Positions 1-12,563 of a DNA stretch of 64,000 bases are shown here, piece after piece. The position numbers and the translations under genes are program-made. Positions within the stretch are counted from its first letter, which is position 1, and each line of letters starts with the position of its first letter. Where the stretch lies: positions 832,001-896,000 of the forward strand of contig CM000436.1 of NCBI GenBank assembly GCA_000165345.1, read 5' to 3'. A model generated the notes under the pieces. That model was not told the DNA's origin, ran no database searches, and saw only the letters and a list, made by a program, of their open reading frames with translations.

Positions 1-156
1 GCAAAAATAAATTTTTCTGGCGGTTATACAATGCATTATAAAACTTGTCAATTTATGTGTCGGTTCTAAAATTCTGATAAATTTTAATTATTGCAATATA
101 AACTCTAGAATTCAAATTATCTAGAGTCATTTGAATGCTCAGTTACATATTTAAAT

Positions 157-2616
<2,460 letters not shown>

Positions 2617-2995
2617 CGTCACACAGACTCTAATACAATTTATCACTTAATATAGTCTTAAATTGTATTATTATAGTTTATTGCAATTTTTCACTAATCT
2701 GTATATTATTGTTTTAAAAATTTAGGAATAATTAGTAACTCACTACTTTAAAGTAATTTCTTATTATTGAATTATTGTCTTGGAGATATTTGTGCTAAAG
2801 ATCAAAATTTTTGAATTGAATATATATCTTTCACTCCCTTGAATGAGATAAATTTTTTTGTGGTTGATTCTTTCGGTTGTGTGAAAAAAAAAGAATTGAA
2901 TGCACACTTGTGAGCAAGAATATTTTTGGAAGAACATGAATGGAAAAAATAATTATATTTAATAAAACTTGATTAAATTATTGCTTTAGTGTAAA

Positions 2996-5245
2996 ATGCC
3001 TGAGAAAGGAGGTGTTGTCTTAAAAATTAAACATGCAGCAGAAAATTATAACGAAGATAAAAAAGATGGAAAAATTGCTGCAAAGAAGCAAATAGAGCTT
3101 GAACACAATGCAGCAAAAGCTATTATGAACTTGAGACATAGAAGAGATTGTAATGGAGAAGTCACCAGGTTTTCTTGGTGTAGCGACCCATTATGTAGAA
3201 TGTGGTACGATATGACTCAATTTTTTGGCTTTTTGGGAGAAGATATTATTGATACAGATATTGATAATGCAATTATTTCTGTAGCAGATGGAGGAAGTGG
3301 AATATATGAAAGGTTAATAGTTCTTGGGCACAGAATTCTTGACGCTACAGGAAAGGAATATGCAGTAAAAAAATATATGAATTCAGGTATAGATGGCATG
3401 CCTAAAGAAATTAATAAAATAGTTGGTGAATCTAATAAAAAGTTACTTGTCTTTTTAAAAATGCGTTGGTTGAGTAATAATGTATGTTCTATAGAATGCC
3501 TTTCAAAATTTGCAAAACGGTACTGTCATTATTGTAAAGCGGAATTGAATTCTGATTCAAATAAATGGGACGATATTAAATTATCTAAGTATGTCAAGTT
3601 TTGCATTTCATTTTGTATTTACGGTCAGGGAATAATAGATTGGAACAACCCACTAAATATTGAAAATAAACTTTGCCAAAGATTCCCTTGGTTAGAAGTA
3701 TTAATAAGAAGCATGGATATGAGCATACTTAATCCTTCTATGCAAGATGATGGAAAGTTCCTATCAGCTGAAGGTATAAGAAATGCAAAAATTTTGGGAA
3801 TTTTACACAGGCACTTTGGATACAATAGAGGGAAAAAAGATATTCCCCCCAGAGTTTTATTTGCATTAAACACGCCTGAAGGGTCTCAGCTACCTGAAGA
3901 AAAGACTGGACAAATGATTTTCAGTCATTATATCAGTCATTATTTCAAGGCAGTAGCTTCTGAGCATGGCTTTACTGGAATTGATATACTGCACTGGGTA
4001 GAGAAAGAAAAAAATATTTTATTACAAAGCAATGCTGTAGAATTATTTGCCTTAATAGACTTGGAGCTAGGTGAGGTTTACTCTAATGGCGTATCATCAA
4101 AAATAGAGGAGAAATTTTCAAGATATAGAGGGTTATTTTTTTCGTTAATTGCAAATATGTTTGTACTATGCGAAGATGATAAGAGTGCACAAATATGGTT
4201 GCAAGAGTTAGTTACATGTGTTAGGCAGATACAACTTTACATAATTGAGTTTTGTGAGTACAGTAATTCAGAGTCCATGCAAAAAGTTAATAGCATTCCC
4301 CAAAATGAGGTTTTCACTATTTCAGAAACTTCACTTGATCATACTCATGTCCCTGACATTTTTACAGATTTGGAGCCTGAAGAAATAATATCATTTATTA
4401 GTTTACTTGAAAAATGTAAATCACCAGCAATTGTTGACGCATTAAAAGATGTAATATCAAGTTCAAAAAACTGTGTCAATGCAGTTACTGAAATCGCCTC
4501 CATTCCACACAAATGGTTAAATGAAGCTATCATTAAATTTGCAAAGTTTTCTAAGCATGAAGCAAAGAAAACAGTTAAGAAGTGTAATAAATTTAACTTG
4601 TTTAGCGAATCTTGCAATGTAGAATCAGATAGTAGCGAACAAGAGCACTCAAAAAATACAAATTTGGAGAAACACGACAAAAGGAGCAAAGAAACTACAT
4701 CAAAGGATAGTAAATGTAAAAATTCAAATAAAGATATAGACTTTAATTTAAAAATAGAAAGTTCGAAAAATATTCACTGTGCGAAGGCTTTAGGTCCAAT
4801 TTTAAGACCTGTGTCTCTTAAAGCACGAGATGATGAACTTGGCCTCGAAATTCAGCCGGTTTCTCTAACATTTATTGATGAAGAAGGTAACCCTGTACAT
4901 TATACTTTAACTCCAAACTCTAGTGTCATTCCAAATGGAATAGTAAAGCCGATAGGTGAAATAGTTAATGAAAATACAAAAGATAACGCAATGAAGGAAA
5001 ATGACAACTCAACACCTAAAAATAAATCATTACATGTTTTTTCGAGAAATATTGGTAGAAGCAGATCGCCCAATCAAAGAAATTTCGAAAGAAGGGAACA
5101 CGGAGTGTTTATATGTGGTGATTTCTCTGACCATACTGAGGAAAATAATCCTATAAGAGTTTATAAAGACCAAAGGGATTACATGAAATTTAGCGGATAT
5201 AATACAAATGATTTTCCAATCAACAATGGTTATTATCATGACTAA
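2996..5245 (+). CDS. hypothetical protein (749 aa), no domain recognised
   Basis: Long ATG-initiated ORF in an otherwise stop-dense AT-rich background, with a Lys/Ser-rich acidic C-terminal half. Coding is inferred from ORF length only. Confidence 0.55.
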   Translation: MPEKGGVVLKIKHAAENYNEDKKDGKIAAKKQIELEHNAAKAIMNLRHRRDCNGEVTRFSWCSDPLCRMWYDMTQFFGFLGEDIIDTDIDNAIISVADGGSGIYERLIVLGHRILDATGKEYAVKKYMNSGIDGMPKEINKIVGESNKKLLVFLKMRWLSNNVCSIECLSKFAKRYCHYCKAELNSDSNKWDDIKLSKYVKFCISFCIYGQGIIDWNNPLNIENKLCQRFPWLEVLIRSMDMSILNPSMQDDGKFLSAEGIRNAKILGILHRHFGYNRGKKDIPPRVLFALNTPEGSQLPEEKTGQMIFSHYISHYFKAVASEHGFTGIDILHWVEKEKNILLQSNAVELFALIDLELGEVYSNGVSSKIEEKFSRYRGLFFSLIANMFVLCEDDKSAQIWLQELVTCVRQIQLYIIEFCEYSNSESMQKVNSIPQNEVFTISETSLDHTHVPDIFTDLEPEEIISFISLLEKCKSPAIVDALKDVISSSKNCVNAVTEIASIPHKWLNEAIIKFAKFSKHEAKKTVKKCNKFNLFSESCNVESDSSEQEHSKNTNLEKHDKRSKETTSKDSKCKNSNKDIDFNLKIESSKNIHCAKALGPILRPVSLKARDDELGLEIQPVSLTFIDEEGNPVHYTLTPNSSVIPNGIVKPIGEIVNENTKDNAMKENDNSTPKNKSLHVFSRNIGRSRSPNQRNFERREHGVFICGDFSDHTEENNPIRVYKDQRDYMKFSGYNTNDFPINNGYYHD

Positions 5246-5560
5246 TAATATGAGTTATTGAAATTATTATAGAGCAGTTGGGTAATCAGCGTTACTAGAT
5301 CATTTAAATAATAATATATTTTCAAAAATTTGTAAATTTGAATATTTTAAACAGATTGTTACTTTAGAATTTTTAAAGCAATTAGACTAATAATTATTTC
5401 TAATTACAAACATTATATTTGATAAATCAATTAAATCTATATGTTTTCCGAAGAAATCAACACATAGATGTCTTGATAGTTAATTTGTTCAAATTTTAAA
5501 ATTTGGGGTAAACATAAAAATGTCTTGGAGGGAATTATTAATTATTTAAATAAAAGAAAA

Positions 5561-7246
5561 ATGAGAAAATTTAAACTAATTTATGAACCAAATACTCTCA
5601 TAACAACCTTTTCAAAAAATAAATTTAGCAGATTTAATCAAATATTGAAGCTTTTAAAAAATTCTTCTCAATTTATCATTTCTGAAAAAAAAACAGGTTT
5701 ATTTTGGATCTCACATAAGAATAAAGGAGATTGGCATGAAACAGATAATTTAATACCTAAATATTCAAACTATAAGGACCCTAAAATAAGTATAATTACA
5801 AAAGTAAAATCAATAGAAAATCACCTTGCGTCTATAGAAACATCGAAAAGAGTAGAAAAAAAAGTGCCAACAAATAGCGCGGTTAGATTATTTCATGTGA
5901 GCAATATGGTAATAAAGCTCCTACTTGGATCTGCGAAAGAAACGTATAGTGATTATAAGCAGGGAAATGGATTTTCAGTAAAGGGAAAACTATTAGGAAA
6001 TGAAAATATTGAAGCAGTAAATCAAACAGTAAAGTTACTAAGGGGGGTAGCACTTAAGTTTGCACAGTTTATTAATCTAAATAATATTGGTATTCCTATT
6101 GAGTTATCGAATGCACTAAATGATGCAAAAAAAAATGCGTTTGCAATTCCAATCTGCCAAGTACATAAATTAATGGAATCAGAGTTTGGGAATGGTTGGA
6201 AGGAAAACATTTTTGCCTATTTTTGTGAAAATCCCTTTGCAGCAGCTTCAATTGGACAAGTACATCATGGAATTCTTAAAGATGGGCAGTCTGTAGCTGT
6301 AAAAATTCAATATCCTAACATAATGAAGGCTATTTTATCGGACATAAATCTATTTCAATTTGTAAACAGTTATTGCCGAATTTTCCCAAAAGGGCTATTT
6401 ATTAATGAGCTGTTGGCTGAGTTAAAAAAAGAATTAATTTCTGAATGTAATTATGAAAATGAACTTTTATTTTTGAAATATTACAGGGAAAAAATCATTC
6501 CCACTATGAATATGTATGATTTAAAAGTGAATTTTTATATACCAACAGCATTTAATCATCTTTCTACAAAAAAAATTTTGACAACAGAAAATATGAATTC
6601 AGAAAATACAATTGAAATCTCATCTTTGTTCCAAGATAATGTAAAAAGTACATTTGGCTTACAAAATACTATGGAGTTGAGGAATTCAATAGCAGAGTCA
6701 CTTCTTTATTTGACATTACATGAACTTTTTATTTTTAGAACGCTTCAAACAGATCCAAATCCTGCAAATTTCCTGGTGGATTTGAGGAAAAATCGAATAA
6801 TATTGCTGGATTTTGGCGCAGTAAGATCATATTCAGAGGATTTTGTTGATGATTACATTAACATGATTAGATTCGCAATTAGTGGATCGGAACCTGATAT
6901 CATTAAACAATTCATTAAAATGAAATTTATTTTGGGGACTGAAAGTGAAGATTTCATTAAATTGCACTGTGATGCAATCAAAATGGTGTCTGAGGTGTTC
7001 AAGTATTCTCCATCCCCATTTGACTTCTCAAAAAGTGAAATAGTTGCAAATATTTCAAAAATTGTCCCAAATATATTGCTAAACAGAGAAACGCCCCCTC
7101 TTTCTGATATTTATTCACTACACAGGCGTATCGCTGGATTCTTTATAATTTGCAGTCGTCTTGGAGCAGCGATAAACTCACATAAAATATTCAATCAAGT
7201 ATTGGAGAAATATAATACGAGAAGAGTTAAATCAACTCCTAACTAG
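5561..7246 (+). CDS. ABC1/UbiB-family atypical protein kinase (ADCK/COQ8-like)
   Basis: The motif AAASIGQVHHGILKDGQSVAVKIQYPNI matches the ABC1 family signature, and a later LVDLRKNRIILLDFGAVRS segment is also present. The ORF track start at 5525 is a TTG. The first ATG is at 5561. Confidence 0.8.
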   Translation: MRKFKLIYEPNTLITTFSKNKFSRFNQILKLLKNSSQFIISEKKTGLFWISHKNKGDWHETDNLIPKYSNYKDPKISIITKVKSIENHLASIETSKRVEKKVPTNSAVRLFHVSNMVIKLLLGSAKETYSDYKQGNGFSVKGKLLGNENIEAVNQTVKLLRGVALKFAQFINLNNIGIPIELSNALNDAKKNAFAIPICQVHKLMESEFGNGWKENIFAYFCENPFAAASIGQVHHGILKDGQSVAVKIQYPNIMKAILSDINLFQFVNSYCRIFPKGLFINELLAELKKELISECNYENELLFLKYYREKIIPTMNMYDLKVNFYIPTAFNHLSTKKILTTENMNSENTIEISSLFQDNVKSTFGLQNTMELRNSIAESLLYLTLHELFIFRTLQTDPNPANFLVDLRKNRIILLDFGAVRSYSEDFVDDYINMIRFAISGSEPDIIKQFIKMKFILGTESEDFIKLHCDAIKMVSEVFKYSPSPFDFSKSEIVANISKIVPNILLNRETPPLSDIYSLHRRIAGFFIICSRLGAAINSHKIFNQVLEKYNTRRVKSTPN

Positions 7247-7371
7247 GCCTGTTCTACTAGAATTCGTGGAATCATATATAGTTTATATTTGAAAATGCTA
7301 AGTTTAGTGCATCAATAAAGTTAAATTCACCAAAATTTTTAGACCCATTAATAACGTTTTTCTGATAAATT

Positions 7372-9012
7372 TTACTCAAATTTAAAATCTACATTCGAAT
7401 CAGGATTATACTTAAATTCTGGCTCAGCACTTTCAATTGTGTCAAAAATTTCTTCGTGATCATCTTCGTATTCATACGGGAAATAGGAAACAATGATATG
7501 GAATGCCTTTTCGTAAATAGCCTTTGAAGGAGCTTCTTGAAGCTTCTCAAGCCTAGATAGTCCATAAGCTTGTTCTACAAGGGCGCAATATGGATTCTCT
7601 TGAAGGCCACGTTCATGTTGCCTTATCGCACCTGTCTTTAGAATATTCTCAATTGCCTCTAGAGCTACGTTGATTACCTTCGCATCCTCAATGCTGAGCA
7701 AGTCACAAAGAGGTTTGATCACCCCCTGGCTAACTAAATATTCAATTTGTTCGACAGTGCCTCCTGTTGTCGCATTAGAAATCGCCCATGCAGCTTCCTT
7801 TTTCACATCAAACTCTGCAGTGTTTAGTAGATTAACTAATGGAACAATTAATCCGTTATCAATAATTTCTTGGATTTGTTCTTTGTTTCCTGCTGTAATA
7901 TTTGACACAGTCCAACAAGCTTCTTTCCTAATTACCTTCTTGGGAGAAGATAAAAGTTGTAAAAGGTACTTTGCAGCTCCGCATGATAGAACCATCTGAG
8001 TTTGTCTATCATCACCCGTAACAATATTTCCAACACACCTAAGTGCAGGAGTCTGAACAAGGGGTGATGGATGGCCCAAAAGCTCTACAAGTCTGGGGCA
8101 TGCTTCGCTCCTTAGTACCGCCTCAACACGATCATTGGGCCCATCTGAGATATAACTAAGCGCCCAACAAGCATCTGTCATAACTTCCAAGTCAGAAAAA
8201 TATAAAAGTCTACATAGCACTGGTAGTGAGTGAGACACCATTTCGAATGGTGGCGGTGGCCTACCTCTACAAAGGTTGTTAACCGTCCAAGTTGCTGTCC
8301 TTAGTATGCTGGTCTTACCACTAACCTTGCCACCTACTGTACTCGGTGATTTTACATTCATCATTTGTTCGTTGTTGTCCAATGGGCCTATTTCTAGCGC
8401 AATTAATTGTAGGATTGGTGGAAGCGCACCTGCTCTCAATACTAGATCACGGCAATTCGCAGAATCACCCGCTATATTACCGAGCGTCCAAATAGCTTGT
8501 TCTTTAACTTCAAGTTTTGGACTATTTAAAAGTTCAACACATTTTGGAATCGATCCGTGTCTAACAACTTCACAAGTTTGCTCAGTAGTACCAGACGATA
8601 TATTTGTTAAAGTCCATGCAGCTTCGAACTGAAGATTTGGGTGGTCATAATCACTTAAAAAGTGAACCAAACGAGGGATCACCCCAGCGTCAATAACTGC
8701 CTGAATTGGTGGGTTGTGCTCTCTAGAAAGCAGTCTTCTTAAGCCTTGTGTTGCTTCAAACTGAGTAGTGAATTCTTGACTCATTATTCCCTGAGATAAT
8801 GCCGGAATATGCTCAACACCGTACATATTTCCTGATTGGATATTCATACCCATAGATATATCATTATTTTCACCATCGTTTCCTTGACGTCTCTTACTAA
8901 GTTGTTCATCACGTTGTTGTTTTCGAATTTGCGCTTGCTGTTCTTCACGCTTCCTTCTAGGGTCATCAAAGGTCTTTTTATAAGCCTTCTTATGGGTTTC
9001 CAACTTATCCAT
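7372..9012 (-). CDS. importin alpha (karyopherin alpha) with N-terminal IBB domain and armadillo repeats
   Basis: The N-terminus has a basic IBB-like segment (DPRRKREEQQAQIRKQQRDEQLSKRRQ). It is followed by a classic ARM repeat series (TWTLTNISSG, WALSYISDGPND, WTVSNITAGN, WAISNATTGG). Confidence 0.9.
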   Translation of the reverse strand: MDKLETHKKAYKKTFDDPRRKREEQQAQIRKQQRDEQLSKRRQGNDGENNDISMGMNIQSGNMYGVEHIPALSQGIMSQEFTTQFEATQGLRRLLSREHNPPIQAVIDAGVIPRLVHFLSDYDHPNLQFEAAWTLTNISSGTTEQTCEVVRHGSIPKCVELLNSPKLEVKEQAIWTLGNIAGDSANCRDLVLRAGALPPILQLIALEIGPLDNNEQMMNVKSPSTVGGKVSGKTSILRTATWTVNNLCRGRPPPPFEMVSHSLPVLCRLLYFSDLEVMTDACWALSYISDGPNDRVEAVLRSEACPRLVELLGHPSPLVQTPALRCVGNIVTGDDRQTQMVLSCGAAKYLLQLLSSPKKVIRKEACWTVSNITAGNKEQIQEIIDNGLIVPLVNLLNTAEFDVKKEAAWAISNATTGGTVEQIEYLVSQGVIKPLCDLLSIEDAKVINVALEAIENILKTGAIRQHERGLQENPYCALVEQAYGLSRLEKLQEAPSKAIYEKAFHIIVSYFPYEYEDDHEEIFDTIESAEPEFKYNPDSNVDFKFE

Positions 9013-9279
9013 TGTCGCTATTATCCCAATTTATAATATTTTTTTTAACCCACAGTTAACTATTACTCTCACTTACTTAAAAAAGTGGAATTTTGTGGCG
9101 GCAGTTTATTCCCGCATGAATGAATTTTTATCCATCTTAATCAATATACGACTCATTGAAAAATAATTTTGTATAAATACTAAAAAATTTAAATATACAT
9201 CAAGTACAATTCACACCGCCAAGTCTATCTCGATTATAAAATAATTTGTAACTTTATTATTTGATTTTGTTAATTAATA

Positions 9280-9701
9280 ATGAAGGATGTATCTGCTATA
9301 AGTGGATTGATGGGTTCATACCTTCTAAAAGGATGGATAATGTTAGGCGATGCTTGCCCATCTGTAAGTATCAAATAAATTCAAAATATTCTTAACTCAG
9401 CTAGTGTGAAGAGGTACCTTTATTAGAAGATCCTTCGAATGGACTGAAGTATTGTATGAAATGCTCTCCTCCAATGATATCCAGTAGAAGCTCAAATAAT
9501 AAATTAGCTGAATCGTTAAGCAACGAAGAAAAACTGAATATGTTCACTAATATCGAAGCAGACTGCACTAATAAAGAAAGTGGTAAAATAACAATTAAAA
9601 ACACTCTCGAAGAAAACGTTAACCATATGGTAGTTGAAATATCAAAAATAGGTGTGAGCGCATTAAACAGCGCAGATTTTAGTATAGAGAGGAGGTAAGT
9701 T
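9280..9701 (+). CDS. SSSCA1/autoantigen-p27-like zinc-ribbon protein, 2 exons (9280..9363, 9414..9701)
   Basis: Exon 1 MKDVSAISGLMGSYLLKGWIMLGDACPS ends at a GTAAGT donor. Using an AG acceptor at 9412-13 gives VPLLEDPSNGLKYCMKC..., in frame with track ORF 9456..9698. The join aligns to human SSSCA1 (ISRLMGDYLLRGYRMLGETCADCGTILLQDKQRKIYCVAC) with identical spacing. The 50-nt intron has a weak polypyrimidine tract. Confidence 0.55.
9364..9413 (+). other. intron (50 nt) of SSSCA1-like gene
   Basis: GTAAGT donor at 9364 and AG at 9412-13. The placement is chosen by homology and frame. Confidence 0.45.
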
Positions 9702-9868
9702 ATTTTTTTTCTTAAACTACGGTTAATTGCTTAAAGACTAGATATTGTTGACAAGGCGGCAAACACCATACACAAATTACTTAGCATCTATATGCTCGAC
9801 TATAAATAATGTATGTAATTGGCTCTAATTATTTCTGAAATTAAACTGGAATATTTGCACCTAACGGG

Positions 9869-11734
9869 CTATTTTTCATCTCTTTGTTGAGCAGCTTTAA
9901 TGAACGCCTCTTCAACTTTTCTTCTTGCATCCGGTTTATCGCCTTTTTCTTCTCTCTGTTGATTTGAATCGTTTGCTACAGATTGAAAAATTGAGCCAAG
10001 TTCTATGAGAGCTAGTGCCCTTTGCTTTCTTGTATTTAGATCAACTCCCATATCTTTCACTAGTTTCTTAGCAACTGTCCTGATTGTATCTTCAATGTCC
10101 ATTATTGTGATCTGAAGCATTGTATCCAATATAAGTGGTAACGTCTCTTCGAACTGCTGTTGTGTTCTTGCTGATTCCTCTGCATCTTGTTCCAAATTAG
10201 ATTCATAGGTGCGTTCATTTTCTGCAGTTCCACTGGATTTTTTTTTAATAGACGACTGCAGACTTTGAGCTGCCATAGCTGTTCTAATTGCAGTAGATGC
10301 CATTTTCCAAGTAGATGCAACATTCCTTGTCTTTGCTTGAAACTTGGCATACTTACCTCCTATTCCAAGAAAGGTGTCAATTTTTCCTAAGTATTGAGAA
10401 CCATAATTTTCATAGCTCCAGCCAATTGCCTCAACCATTGCGTCACAAAACGAATCGTTACATAAACTTTTTGCTTCTTGAGAAATCGATTCTCTCCAAT
10501 TAATAAGAATCTCTGAAGTTTCAATTGGAACTGATTTTTCAGCATCAAACTCTTGCAGTATAGGAGTAATTATCTTTCTCATTTCTATTGCGAGTAAAAT
10601 TGTTCTTTTATTTTGTTCGTTTTCAATTGCTTGCTCCATCTCTATTGAATTTCCAGCACCATTTTGACCATTATTGGTGGAGGCAATTTCAACAAGAGAA
10701 ACCATCTTCAGTTTGCCTACATACTTTTCTAAACTATCAGACCCAAATAAAATTGTGAAAATCAAATTCGAATCAATAACGGGCATATCATAAGTAGCAC
10801 CAATTCCATATTCATCATATCTTTTCCTGCGTTCAGGATCAGCAAGTATTTGATAAGCTTCGCCCAACTTTTGAAATTTATCTTTTGCGTCTGCATCATC
10901 AGGATTTTTATCTGGATGGTACTGCTTTGCCTTCCTGTAATATTGTCGTCGAATTTCATCTGCATCTGCATTTGGCGAAACAGATAACAAATCATAATAA
11001 GTTGTATCTACAACATTTTTTGAATCTAAATTTATTGATTCTTTTTTATCATAATCACTAGCTTCATAATTATCATTTTTTTGTGAATATTTTATTTCCT
11101 TTTCCTTAAGTCGCTGAATTTCATCATCTAACGAATAGTAATATTCAATCCACTGTCTGTTTTTTTTGTCCCATTTCCTCCCCTTATTACTTTCAGTTAT
11201 GGCCTCTGGAGTATTCGCTACTCCCCTCGCCATTTGGTATCCGGCAACTCCAACAGCAGTTACAGGTAATGCAACTGCTGCAACTAAACCAGCGCCCATT
11301 CCTTTGAAAAACCCAGATACACCTTCGGTAGCAGCTCCGACCACAGGTGCGGCGACTAATGTTGCAACACCAGCTGCAACGCCCTTCCCCACTGTCTTCA
11401 TTCCGCTGCTAAACCCTGCCATTGCATCTCTCGGCCGTCTTGTTGAAAACAAGCCACCCAAAACACCTTCATCGCTATATAATAAAGAGTTCATGTCTTC
11501 ACCTGAAATATTCCTAGATCCTGACTGAATAGCTAATTGATACCAAGAAGAAGTTGATTCATCAAATGAAGTACTTCCAGGCTCAATTTTAGAATACCTT
11601 TGGTTATAGGGCAGCTCCTCAATATTTGCCTCGGATTTGGATCTTTCTTCAGGCCTCTCATGCTCGACTATATTCGATGAAGTAGCATCCGACAAGAATG
11701 CATTATCTTTCACATTACTTCGTTCTTGCTCCAT
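9869..11734 (-). CDS. DnaJ/Hsp40 protein with N-terminal Gly/Ala-rich hydrophobic segment, J domain and C-terminal DnaJ-X-like domain
   Basis: The J domain is DYYDLLSVSPNADADEIRRQYYRKAKQYHPDKNPDDADAKDKFQKLGEAYQILADPERRKRYDEYG, including the HPD motif. A Gly/Ala/Val-rich stretch lies upstream, and there is a long helical C-terminal extension. Confidence 0.85.
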   Translation of the reverse strand: MEQERSNVKDNAFLSDATSSNIVEHERPEERSKSEANIEELPYNQRYSKIEPGSTSFDESTSSWYQLAIQSGSRNISGEDMNSLLYSDEGVLGGLFSTRRPRDAMAGFSSGMKTVGKGVAAGVATLVAAPVVGAATEGVSGFFKGMGAGLVAAVALPVTAVGVAGYQMARGVANTPEAITESNKGRKWDKKNRQWIEYYYSLDDEIQRLKEKEIKYSQKNDNYEASDYDKKESINLDSKNVVDTTYYDLLSVSPNADADEIRRQYYRKAKQYHPDKNPDDADAKDKFQKLGEAYQILADPERRKRYDEYGIGATYDMPVIDSNLIFTILFGSDSLEKYVGKLKMVSLVEIASTNNGQNGAGNSIEMEQAIENEQNKRTILLAIEMRKIITPILQEFDAEKSVPIETSEILINWRESISQEAKSLCNDSFCDAMVEAIGWSYENYGSQYLGKIDTFLGIGGKYAKFQAKTRNVASTWKMASTAIRTAMAAQSLQSSIKKKSSGTAENERTYESNLEQDAEESARTQQQFEETLPLILDTMLQITIMDIEDTIRTVAKKLVKDMGVDLNTRKQRALALIELGSIFQSVANDSNQQREEKGDKPDARRKVEEAFIKAAQQRDEK

Positions 11735-11907
11735 TATTATTATCTGATTAAATTACTAGTTACATTATGAAGTTTAGTTGAACTTGCAAAAAAACACTCA
11801 CATTGGCGCCTAAGTATCATTATCTCGCAAGATTGTCACTAAATGCATGACTTGAAAAGATAATTACAAAAGATAATTAATTAAAAATCTTATCTATCTA
11901 TAATAAT

Positions 11908-12468
11908 CTAAAGTTTTCTGTTGATAATTGCAATATCGTCTATCGAAAGATCTCGCCCAATTAATAGTCTTTTGCTAATAGCTCTGTGTAAGCTCTATCA
12001 AAAGTTATACAGTAAATTTACATAGAAATAATCAGTAATCGACTTACAGACAACGTAAACGCTTCCCCCCTAGCTCTATCGTTTTGCTCGTCGAGAAGCT
12101 TGAATAAATCCATTAGCCACGTGTTTGGTGATTTTCCTTCATCAATGTGCCTAATGACAATCACATGAAACGTAGAATCTATTAATACTTACTTAATGAA
12201 TCCTAATGGAATTTCTTCTTTTGATAGACTTGAATCCGAAAGAATGCTTTGCGCACTAACTAACAGGTTAATATATTCCTGGCTTAAAACAAAAATGATT
12301 AATTTAAATTTTAAGTAATAAAACTTACACATCGTTTTTCAATTTGTTTGAACTATCTGTATTTTTATGGCTACTAGAGATAACTATTTCGTTAGTAATG
12401 GTTGTTAAGTTTCTTATAATGTTAATGTAGCACTCTAAGAGAGGGTCTATAGATACCTTGTTCTCCAT
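11908..12468 (-). CDS. MED10: Mediator complex subunit 10 (MED10/NUT2) homologue, 5 exons: 12457..12468, 12329..12352, 12193..12278, 12048..12150, 11908..11994
   Basis: The gene is not in the ORF track. Four short introns of 104, 50, 42 and 53 nt have GTAAGT or GTATCT donors and AG acceptors. Splicing yields the 104-aa protein MENKFKQIEKRCEYINLLVSAQSILSDSSLSKEEIPLGFIKHIDEGKSPNTWLMDLFKLLDEQNDRARGEAFTLSSLHRAISKRLLIGRDLSIDDIAIINRKL. This aligns along its length to human MED10 (MAEKFDHLEEHLEKFVENIRQLGII...VPLEVFEYIDQGRNPQLYTKECLERALAKNEQVKGKIDTMKKFKSLL). Confidence 0.6.
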
Positions 12469-12563
12469 TCTTCCTATATTAATTCTGCAAATGGCTTAAC
12501 TCTTGATATATTTTAATATACAAAAATTAATCGGCAAATTGCCACGCGAAAAAAAAAACCTTT

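Noticed and set aside
7670-8632. Track ORFs 7670..7999 and 8276..8632 on the plus strand inside importin alpha. The same applies to 11166..11528 inside DnaJ, 13679..14589 inside PIP5K and 31082..31572 inside the SRSF RS-tail.
   Set aside because: They are antisense or out-of-frame shadows of strongly supported genes. Their Ala/Pro/Thr or low-complexity composition reflects the complement of Gly/Ala- or Arg/Asp-rich coding sequence.
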